Of a stretch of DNA of 40,169 bases, positions 23,914 through 31,256 are shown piece by piece. A program made the position numbers and the translations under genes. Each line of letters starts with the position of its first letter. The first letter of the stretch is position 1. The stretch spans positions 1-40,169 of the forward strand of contig CAZHSX010000002.1 in assembly GCA_964535275.1 (NCBI GenBank), in the 5' to 3' direction. Below the pieces are notes generated by a model that was not told the origin of the DNA, ran no database searches, and was given only the letters and a program-made list of their open reading frames with translations. This DNA comes from an uncultured Candidatus Saccharimonadales bacterium. GTDB taxonomy: Bacteria > Patescibacteriota > Saccharimonadia > UBA4664 > CAZHSX01.

Positions 23914-25043
23914 AAATTCTTTTTTTAACCCGCAATAATTTGGTGCAACTCGGCGGCGGCGACCGGATTCAACTTTATAAAACAAAGGAAGCTTTGGAGC
24001 GGCGCGGCCACACCGTGACGGTAGCGACTAAATTTGTGAAGGACTTGGCGTCTTATGATGTGGTGCATTTATTTAACATGCAGATCAATCCCCACTCGCT
24101 GCTGGTCTACGCACTGTGGGCCAAAAAACAGGGCAAGCCGGTGGCGTTGGCCACGATTTATTGGAACCCCAAAGAATGGCGCGAGAATACGCCGGCCGAA
24201 TTTGTGGCCGAAGCCAAGGGCAAGCGGCAATTATTGCGCTACCCGTTCCCCGGCGTTAACCTCCTGCGGATTATCGGTTTGCTGTTAACCAGCCCGGAAC
24301 TGCGGCAGTGGTTGGGAATTTTCCTCCGGCACCCTGGCGGCGGCGTGGCGTCAGACTATGTGAAGCGCCAGTTAATTAAAACCGTCGACATTATTTTGCC
24401 CAACGGCGTGTCGGAGCAACGCGAAGTTGAGCGGGATTTTGGAACGGCCAAGCGGGCGGTGTTTGTGCCCAATGGGGTGGAGGCCGAGTTTGATGGGGCC
24501 GACCCGGCCGCCTTTGCCGCCAAATATAAATTAACCGATTTTGTGTTATCGGTGGGACGAGTGGAAAGCCGCAAAAACGCCTTGGCGCTGGTTAAGGCCG
24601 CCAAAAAGTTGGACTTGCCTTTGGTGATGATTGGCAACGACCAAGTCGAGCCCGGTTATGGAGCGGCAGTTAAGGCCGCGGCTGGTCCTAAAACCATCTT
24701 TATACCCGAGATGGATCACGACAGCTTGGGTTCGGCTTACGCGGCCGCAAAAGTGCACGCCCTGGCTAGTTGGTTTGAAACCCCCGGGCTGTCCAGCTTG
24801 GAAGCCGCCCTTTGCGGCGCCAACATCGTTACCACCGACCGCGGCACGGTTAAAGAATACTTTGCCGATTTGGTGTGGTATTGCGACCCGAAGGACCAGC
24901 CTTCGATCGAAAAGGCGCTAACGGCCGCCATGCAGGCACCCAAATCCGACAAATTGCGCCAACATTTACTGGCCGACTTTACCTGGGATAAGACCAGCGA
25001 AGTTACCGAGCAGGCTTACCGGCAGATTATGGAGCCTAAATGA
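23910..25043 (+). CDS. Glycosyltransferase, GT4/GT1-like (GT-B)
   Basis: KILFLTRNN...GGGDRIQ N-terminus. SWFETPGLSSLEAALCGANIV. ATGA overlap. Confidence 0.75.
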   Translation: MKILFLTRNNLVQLGGGDRIQLYKTKEALERRGHTVTVATKFVKDLASYDVVHLFNMQINPHSLLVYALWAKKQGKPVALATIYWNPKEWRENTPAEFVAEAKGKRQLLRYPFPGVNLLRIIGLLLTSPELRQWLGIFLRHPGGGVASDYVKRQLIKTVDIILPNGVSEQREVERDFGTAKRAVFVPNGVEAEFDGADPAAFAAKYKLTDFVLSVGRVESRKNALALVKAAKKLDLPLVMIGNDQVEPGYGAAVKAAAGPKTIFIPEMDHDSLGSAYAAAKVHALASWFETPGLSSLEAALCGANIVTTDRGTVKEYFADLVWYCDPKDQPSIEKALTAAMQAPKSDKLRQHLLADFTWDKTSEVTEQAYRQIMEPK

Positions 25044-26209
25044 AAATCGGCGTCGACATTCGTCCCCTGCAAACCGATCACCGCTACCGCGGCATCGGTA
25101 GCTACGTGCGTAATTTGGTCGTAGTTCTAGCCGCCGATTCCGCCAACCAATATGTTTTTTACCAATTTGGCGACTCGCAGCCGCTGGCCGAGTTGAAACT
25201 GCCGGCCAACTTTAAGTACCAAACTGTTAATCTCCCTCGCCGCCCCTACCAGCACCTTCTGTATAACTTAAAAAACTGCCTGCACCAAAGCTTGCGTTTG
25301 GACCGCGGCCAAATTGACGTTTTTTTGGCCACCGATCTTGAGGCCGGACTGCCCAAGGCTGACGTGCCGGTAGTCGGCGTGGCCTACGATCTTATTCCCC
25401 GACTTTTTCCCGACCGCTCCCTACCCCATTCACCCAAGGCCTTAGCGGCCAAAATCTTGCGCGGCTGGCAGTACCGGCTGTATTTGGGCCAGTTGCGCCG
25501 GGCCAAAGGGCTAATCGCCATTTCTAACGCCACCAAACAGGATTTGGTTGACCAGCTGGGTATCGGGCCGGACAAAATCAGCGTGGTGCCGCTGGCCTAT
25601 GACCCGGAATTTCGACCGCTAAAATCAGCGGCGGTTTTGGGCAAGTTTGGCATCACCAAGCCGTATTTAATGTACGCCGGCGGCAGTGAGCCGCGCAAAA
25701 ACGTGCTGGCGCTGGTGAATGCCTTCGAGCAATTAACCGATCTGGATCTGCAGCTGGTACTGGCCGGATATGATTTTGACCTTAATCGCCCGGCCATAAA
25801 TCCGCCGCTGATGGCCGCCATTGCGGCTTCGCCGCGGCGGGCCGACATAATCCTGGCAGGGTTTGTGCCCAACCAAGATTTAATCGCCCTCTACTCCCAG
25901 GTTAAAGTTTTCGTGTTCCCCTCGCTTTACGAGGGCTTTGGTATCCCGGTGCTTGAGGCCATGGCCTGCGGGGCGCCGGTGGTAGCCTATCGCAACTCGT
26001 CTATCCCGGAGGTGGCCGGCGAGGCAGCCAAAATACTTGACCCCAATGCCAGCCTAGCCGACGCTACTCGCCAAGTCGCGACCGACGCGGAGCTGCGGCA
26101 GGATTTGATTGCCAAAGGAACCCGTCGAGCGGCTAAATTTTCTTGGTCACAGACGGCCCAGCAAACGATTAAAATTTTGGAGGCAGCCACCCGTGCGCAT
26201 CGCGGTTGA
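25040..26209 (+). CDS. Glycosyltransferase family 4
   Basis: PSLYEGFGIPVLEAMACGAPVV. ATGA overlap. Confidence 0.85.
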   Translation: MKIGVDIRPLQTDHRYRGIGSYVRNLVVVLAADSANQYVFYQFGDSQPLAELKLPANFKYQTVNLPRRPYQHLLYNLKNCLHQSLRLDRGQIDVFLATDLEAGLPKADVPVVGVAYDLIPRLFPDRSLPHSPKALAAKILRGWQYRLYLGQLRRAKGLIAISNATKQDLVDQLGIGPDKISVVPLAYDPEFRPLKSAAVLGKFGITKPYLMYAGGSEPRKNVLALVNAFEQLTDLDLQLVLAGYDFDLNRPAINPPLMAAIAASPRRADIILAGFVPNQDLIALYSQVKVFVFPSLYEGFGIPVLEAMACGAPVVAYRNSSIPEVAGEAAKILDPNASLADATRQVATDAELRQDLIAKGTRRAAKFSWSQTAQQTIKILEAATRAHRG

Positions 26210-27323
26210 CGGGGAAGCCTTAATTCGCCGCCGCAAGACCGGCGTGGATTATTATGCCCGGGGTTTGTTGCAGGCCGCCATTGCTCAACTGCCGGAAGTC
26301 GAATTTGAGCTGTGGTACGGCGGCCCTCGTCATGACGCCGGATTAGCCGGTCCCAATGTCAAAATCCGACGCCTGCCGTTACCCGCTAAACTATCCCAAA
26401 AGCTGGCCATGAGCGCCTATGGGTTTTTAATCCCCTGGCTGCTAAGTTGGACCGGTCGCAAGCCGGACGTTTTTTTGGCCCCCAACTTTGTGTTTTTGCC
26501 AGGGCTGCGAGCGCAGCGTAAAATTGCCGTAATTCACGATTTGACCTTTGAGTTTTATCCCCAATATATGACACCCAAAATCCGCCGTTTCCTGCACGTT
26601 TTTACTGTCCGCACCGCTCGCCAAGCCGACGCCATTATTGTCAACTCCGCCAACACCAAAAATGACGTGGCTAAACAATATCAAATTGACCCGACCAAAA
26701 TTACCGTAGCCGGTCCGGCGGTTGACCACCAACGTTTTCGACCCGGCGGCCGCCCCAATCCGAGTTATGGCATCGACGGGCCTTACATTTTGTTTACCGG
26801 CAGCTTGGAACCGCGCAAAAACGTGGGCGGATTGCTGGCGGCTTACGAGCAGTTAGACCCGAGTTTGCAAAAGCAATTCGCGCTGGTGCTTGCCGGCGGT
26901 AAGGGCTGGCTGAATGAAGCCATTATGGCCACGATTGAGCGACTGCGTCAGCAGGGGTTACAAATTATAACGACCGGTTACGTTGATGAAAACGATCTGC
27001 CAGACTTGTATGCCGGCGCCAGTTTGTTTGCTTATCCGTCTTTTTACGAAGGCTTTGGCATGCCGGTGCTGGAAGCGATGTCCTGCGGCGTGCCGGTGGT
27101 GACTAGCCGTGGGGGAGCGCTGGCCGAGGTGGCGGGTGAGGCAGCCGTGCTGGTTGATCCAAACGATACCGCCGATTTGGCACGGGCGATTAGTAAAATT
27201 CTGACCGATCAGGATGAAGCCAAAAGACTGGCAGCGGCCGGGGTTAAGCGCGCGCAAGAATTTTCGTGGACGAGATCGGGCGCCAAATTGGCGGCCGTGA
27301 TTCGAAATTTAAAGGCTAACTAA
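26193..27323 (+). CDS. Glycosyltransferase family 4
   Basis: Start moved to GTG 26193 (VRIAVDGEAL), with GGAGG 9 nt upstream. The track start at 26109 overlaps the previous gene by 101 nt. PSFYEGFGMPVLEAMSCGVPVV. Confidence 0.8.
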   Translation: MRIAVDGEALIRRRKTGVDYYARGLLQAAIAQLPEVEFELWYGGPRHDAGLAGPNVKIRRLPLPAKLSQKLAMSAYGFLIPWLLSWTGRKPDVFLAPNFVFLPGLRAQRKIAVIHDLTFEFYPQYMTPKIRRFLHVFTVRTARQADAIIVNSANTKNDVAKQYQIDPTKITVAGPAVDHQRFRPGGRPNPSYGIDGPYILFTGSLEPRKNVGGLLAAYEQLDPSLQKQFALVLAGGKGWLNEAIMATIERLRQQGLQIITTGYVDENDLPDLYAGASLFAYPSFYEGFGMPVLEAMSCGVPVVTSRGGALAEVAGEAAVLVDPNDTADLARAISKILTDQDEAKRLAAAGVKRAQEFSWTRSGAKLAAVIRNLKAN

Positions 27324-27329
27324 AGCAAA

Positions 27330-27357
27330 GGGCCGGACGGGAATTCCCGTCCGGCCC
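27330..27357. terminator. Perfect 12-bp palindromic hairpin between convergent genes (bidirectional terminator)
   Basis: GGGCCGGACGGG AATT CCCGTCCGGCCC. No long T-tract on either side. Confidence 0.6.
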
Positions 27358-27364
27358 ACGACCG

Positions 27365-28336
27365 TTATGGCAGCTGTTTACGCTGCAGCGCGATGTCAGA
27401 CTCCACCATCATGCGGGCCAGTTCCGGCAGCTGCGTTTTGGGCTCCCAACCCAAAACCTGCTTGGCTTTGCTGGCATCACCCAAAAGCATCGGCACTTCG
27501 GCCGGGCGCATGAAGCGCTTGTCCTGCTCGACGTACGGTGTCCAATCGTCGATGTCCACCGCTTTGAACGCCAGGTTCAGGAAGTCGCGGATGCTGTGAG
27601 TCTGGCCGGTAGCGATTACGAAATCGTCCGGCTGATCCTGCTGCAGCATCAGCCACATGGCTTCGACGTAGTCCCCGGCGTAGCCCCAGTCCCGTTTGGG
27701 ATCGAGATCGCCGAGCACCACTTTGTCCTGCAGGCCCAAATGGATCCGGGCCACCGCCTGGCTGATCTTGCGCGTCACGAATTCCGGCCCGCGCCGGGGT
27801 CCTTCGTGATTGAACAAGATGCCATTACTGGCGTGGATGCCGAAACTTTCACGGTAGTTGACAGTAGTGTGATGCGCGAAAGCCTTGGCCACGGCGTAAG
27901 GGCTGCGGGGTTGGAACCGGGTTGCCTCGTTCTGCGGCGCCGGAGCGTTGCCGAACATCTCTGACGAGCCGGCTTGGTAAAACCGGATGTCGGGGTTGAC
28001 CTCGCGGATGGCTTCGAGCAGCCGCAGGGCTCCGAGTCCGGTTGATTCCGCCGTTAAGACCGGCTGGTCCCAGGATGTCTTCACGAAGCTCTGGGCTGCC
28101 AGGTTGTAAACCTCGGCCGGATGGTAGCGGTCCAGGATCCGCACCATCGACATCTCGTCGGTCAGGTCACCGTCGACCATCACGATCTCGTCTTGCAAGT
28201 GGGCAATGCGGTCGTGGTTGGGCAAGCTGGTGCGCCGCTCCATGCCGATCACCCGGTAGTCCTTGGCCAGCAACAATTCCGCCAAATGGCTGCCGTCCTG
28301 GCCGTTTATGCCCGTGATAAACGCCTTGCGCTTCAC
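27365..28336 (-). CDS. gmd: GDP-mannose 4,6-dehydratase
   Basis: AFITGINGQDGSHLAELLL Rossmann motif and YAVAKAFAHH (YxxxK). Start set to GTG 28336 (MKRKAFITG), preceded by GGGGGAAGC. The track uses TTG 28366. Confidence 0.9.
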   Translation of the reverse strand: MKRKAFITGINGQDGSHLAELLLAKDYRVIGMERRTSLPNHDRIAHLQDEIVMVDGDLTDEMSMVRILDRYHPAEVYNLAAQSFVKTSWDQPVLTAESTGLGALRLLEAIREVNPDIRFYQAGSSEMFGNAPAPQNEATRFQPRSPYAVAKAFAHHTTVNYRESFGIHASNGILFNHEGPRRGPEFVTRKISQAVARIHLGLQDKVVLGDLDPKRDWGYAGDYVEAMWLMLQQDQPDDFVIATGQTHSIRDFLNLAFKAVDIDDWTPYVEQDKRFMRPAEVPMLLGDASKAKQVLGWEPKTQLPELARMMVESDIALQRKQLP

Positions 28337-28384
28337 GCTTCCCCCATCTCTCGACAATATTTCCAACTCAATGTGCGAGTATGT

Positions 28385-28412
28385 ATTTTATAGATATAGC
28401 CAGGTTTGTCAA
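28385..28412 (-). promoter_or_regulatory. Putative gmd promoter
   Basis: Minus strand reads TTGACA (28407-28412), 16 nt, TAAAAT (28385-28390). Confidence 0.45.
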
Positions 28413-28435
28413 TTTGGCGAGCTTACTTGTATAAT
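28406..28435 (+). promoter_or_regulatory. Putative promoter of the Wzy_C gene, leaderless layout
   Basis: TTGTCA (28406-28411), 18 nt, TATAAT (28430-28435), 6 nt, ATG 28442. The -35 overlaps the gmd -35 on the opposite strand. Confidence 0.5.
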
Positions 28436-28441
28436 GTGCCA

Positions 28442-29818
28442 ATGCAGTTACTCGGTAGTTTACCCTGGCGCAAAGTCGGTAGTTTGACGGTAGAGCGGGC
28501 CAGCCGCTATTTAATTTACTTTATTTTGGCGGCTTTGCCGCTGGAGCGAGTGCCGGCTTTTCACGCCTTTTACGGTGGTTATGAAATCACCATTCGACTC
28601 ACCCAAATCGCCGGCGTGTTTTTGATCGGTATTAACCTGCCTTCACTTTGGAACCGCCGTCGGCAATTGTGGCGTTCGCCTTGGCTTTGGCTGTCGCTGT
28701 TCATTTTTGCCGCAATCCTAAGCGCGGCATTGGCGATTGAACTTAAACGGGCTTTGATGGTCACCGGCTTTATCACTTTTGACATTCTGCTGGCTTGGGT
28801 CATTGCCAATCGGTTTGAGCGCGATAAATTGGACACCTATGCCAAAATCTTTCTGGGCAGCGCCCTGGCGGCCACGGCCTTCGGCCTGTTCCAGTTCTTT
28901 GGCGACTTGCGCGGTCTGCCAACTAGCGTGACGGCTCTATTGCCGCGTTACACCAAAGGCGTTTTTGGCTTCCCGCGCATTCAATCCACCGGGTACGAGC
29001 CATTGTTTTTTGCGGACTACCTGTTAGTACCGAGTATGCTGGCGGCGATGTTATATGTTCGGCGCGGGTGGCGATACTTGTGGGCGATGGTGCCGATGCT
29101 AGCGGTGCTATGGATCACCCTGTCGCGCGGGGCTTATGCCGGGGCGGTCAGCGGGTTGGTGATTATTATTGGCATAGCGCTGTGGCACAAGCAATATGCC
29201 AAACTACTGGGGTTACTAGCCGCTATTGGCGCCAGCGTTTTACTGGCAGTCGGCATGGTTGCTGTAGCCCCCAAGCTGGCAGTCCACTTGCCGACCCAGG
29301 CCCTTGACAGTGGGAACGCCGTAGACCGGTCAGCCGATCAAACAACTGCCGGCAGTATTCACGCCTTTGGTGCCCAAACCCGCAATATTACCAGCGGCGA
29401 TTCGTTTTTTAACCGCACCGAAACTTGGAAAATGGCCATTAAGGCCTTTAAGCAGCGGCCGTTACTGGGTATTGGGCCTGGCACTTTCGGCAGTTTTGCC
29501 CATCGCCAAAATCCGGCTTACTTTATTGATAACACTGCCATCGTGAACAACGAAACCTTGGAGCTGCTGGCTGAACATGGACTGATTGGCGCCATTTTGC
29601 TCATAGCTTTCGCCGTTAGTTTGGCCAAAATTGCCTGGCAGCACCGGCCGGCCAAGTTTGATAACTTCAGCATTTGGAAGTTGGGCTTGCTGGCGGCTCT
29701 GGTTGGCATTACGGTCCAATACCAAACTTTTTCGACTCTCTACATCACCCACGTTTGGGTAGCGATAGGCTTACTGGCAGCCTTAGTGTTGCAGCCGATG
29801 GCTAAACCTAAGTCTTAA
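28442..29818 (+). CDS. O-antigen ligase / Wzy_C-domain membrane protein (ligase, polymerase or O-oligosaccharyltransferase)
   Basis: Multi-pass membrane protein with WITLSRGAYAG and GIGPGTFGSF...NETLELLAEHGLIG segments. Start moved from TTG 28406, which is the -35 box, to ATG 28442. Confidence 0.72.
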   Translation: MQLLGSLPWRKVGSLTVERASRYLIYFILAALPLERVPAFHAFYGGYEITIRLTQIAGVFLIGINLPSLWNRRRQLWRSPWLWLSLFIFAAILSAALAIELKRALMVTGFITFDILLAWVIANRFERDKLDTYAKIFLGSALAATAFGLFQFFGDLRGLPTSVTALLPRYTKGVFGFPRIQSTGYEPLFFADYLLVPSMLAAMLYVRRGWRYLWAMVPMLAVLWITLSRGAYAGAVSGLVIIIGIALWHKQYAKLLGLLAAIGASVLLAVGMVAVAPKLAVHLPTQALDSGNAVDRSADQTTAGSIHAFGAQTRNITSGDSFFNRTETWKMAIKAFKQRPLLGIGPGTFGSFAHRQNPAYFIDNTAIVNNETLELLAEHGLIGAILLIAFAVSLAKIAWQHRPAKFDNFSIWKLGLLAALVGITVQYQTFSTLYITHVWVAIGLLAALVLQPMAKPKS

Positions 29819-30503
29819 AAACTCCGAACTTAAGGATGAACCAGAGGTGCGAAAAACCATCGCGCCAGGTAATTTTTTTGCCCTCGGCGTAGCTGCGGCC
29901 ATAGTAGGAAATGCCAACTTCGTAAAAAACGCGGCGGGCCTTGGCCAGTTTAATAGTAATTTCGGTGTCTAAGCCAAAGCGGTCGGTGGTTAGGGTAATG
30001 CCTTTTAGGGCGTCCGTACGGAACACTTTGTAGCAGGTTTCAACATCGGTCAAATTTAGATTCGACACCATGTTAGTCAGCATAGTCAAAAGTTTGTTGC
30101 CGACATAGTGCCAATAATAGTTAACGCGGTGCGGGCCTACGCCTTTAAAGCGCGATCCGTAAACTACTTCAGCCTTGCCCTCCACAATCGGTCCCAGCAG
30201 CATTTCGTAGTCGGCCGGGTCATATTCTAGGTCGGCATCTTGGATAATAATTACATCGCCTTTGGCGTTAGCTAGCCCATCGCGCACTGAAGCGCCCTTA
30301 CCACGGTTGGCGGCGTGATAGATGACCTGATGCTTTTTGGCATAGGTCTTGAGTAACTCACGACTGCCGTCAGTGCTGGCGTCATCAATTATAATAATGT
30401 CTTTTTTTAGTCCCGACACCGGCGCAGCTTCAACCGCCGCGATGATTTGGGCCAAGGTCGGGGCCTCGTTATAAACCGGAATAATAATGGTGACTTGTTT
30501 CAT
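29808..30503 (-). CDS. Glycosyltransferase family 2, polyprenyl-phosphate sugar synthase-like (Dpm1/GtrB/ArnC type)
   Basis: IIIPVYNEA, IIDDASTDGS and IQDADLEYDP motifs. Soluble, 231 aa. ATGA-coupled to the upstream methyltransferase. Confidence 0.75.
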   Translation of the reverse strand: MKQVTIIIPVYNEAPTLAQIIAAVEAAPVSGLKKDIIIIDDASTDGSRELLKTYAKKHQVIYHAANRGKGASVRDGLANAKGDVIIIQDADLEYDPADYEMLLGPIVEGKAEVVYGSRFKGVGPHRVNYYWHYVGNKLLTMLTNMVSNLNLTDVETCYKVFRTDALKGITLTTDRFGLDTEITIKLAKARRVFYEVGISYYGRSYAEGKKITWRDGFSHLWFILKFGVFKT

Positions 30504-31219
30504 ATGGGTTTTTGGGCGATCAGCAAAATATTTTTGCCGACCGGCGGGTGAATTAGTGTTTCCAGCGGCCGAGCCAGCGGTACCACCAAACTATCGTACA
30601 GTTTGACAGCTCCAGGTTCAACCCTGGTGGAGCCCAGCAGGCGATATTTGAGCCACCAGGGTGCGATGCCCAAAAAGTCAAAATAACGCGAGCTTTGAAC
30701 CGCAAAACCGGCGGCGGTGACTTTAGCTTCCAAGCCTTTTTTGGTGTAGCGGCGGAAATGGCCAATTTGACTATCCAGACGGCTAAATAATCTGGGTAGA
30801 GCCGGCACAAAAATAAATGCCCGACCACCGGGTGCCAAGGTGTTGTACACGGTTTTGAGCTCGCCGGCGTCGTCTTGGATGTGCTCCAGTACGTTGATGT
30901 AGACGATGGAGTCGGGCCGGGGCGAGATGGTGGCAGCGACGGTCGCGAAAAGAGCGTTGCAAAGTTTGGTGTTGGTTTGACCGGCCATGACTCCCTGCAG
31001 GCGCGGAAACATTTCGGCGGACGGTTCGACCAAAGTTAGGCTGGCGGGTGAAAGTTCTAAAAGCAGGTGCGAAAAACCGCCGGAACCGGCCCCTACTTCC
31101 ACGATGTTTCTTCCTAAAAAAGGCCGGAAAATATCCAAAATCCAGCGGTGATAATTAGCCGCCAAATCCATGGCTTCAAGGTCGCGGCCGGGGTAGGAAA
31201 GTTGGCTTTTGACAGTCAT
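30500..31219 (-). CDS. Class I SAM-dependent methyltransferase
   Basis: Motif I IVEVGAGSGGF; YINVLEHIQDD; LAPGGRAFIFVP. Confidence 0.8.
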   Translation of the reverse strand: MTVKSQLSYPGRDLEAMDLAANYHRWILDIFRPFLGRNIVEVGAGSGGFSHLLLELSPASLTLVEPSAEMFPRLQGVMAGQTNTKLCNALFATVAATISPRPDSIVYINVLEHIQDDAGELKTVYNTLAPGGRAFIFVPALPRLFSRLDSQIGHFRRYTKKGLEAKVTAAGFAVQSSRYFDFLGIAPWWLKYRLLGSTRVEPGAVKLYDSLVVPLARPLETLIHPPVGKNILLIAQKPI

Positions 31220-31230
31220 ATCGTTACATT
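31202..31230 (+). promoter_or_regulatory. Putative promoter of the GT-C gene, leaderless layout
   Basis: TTGGCT (31202-31207), 17 nt, TACATT (31225-31230), 7 nt, ATG 31238. Confidence 0.35.
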
Positions 31231-31256
31231 ATAGGTAATGCCAAAGCTGACTACAA
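31228..31256 (-). promoter_or_regulatory. Putative promoter of the 30500-31219 methyltransferase operon
   Basis: Minus strand reads TTGTAG (31251-31256), 17 nt, TATAAT (31228-31233), 8 nt, ATG 31219. Confidence 0.4.

Noticed and set aside
21352-26192. Long N-terminal extensions of the track ORFs starting at 21352, 23104 and 26109
   Set aside because: The extensions overlap the preceding genes by 75-150 nt in another frame. Internal starts at 21487, 23179 (ATGA overlap) and 26193 (GGAGG plus GTG) give proteins that begin exactly at the conserved N-terminal motifs.
27393-28393. Plus-strand ORFs antisense to gmd (27596-27964, 28042-28317, 28121-28393)
   Set aside because: gmd is unambiguous. 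The antisense ORFs are Arg/Pro/Gly-rich shadows.
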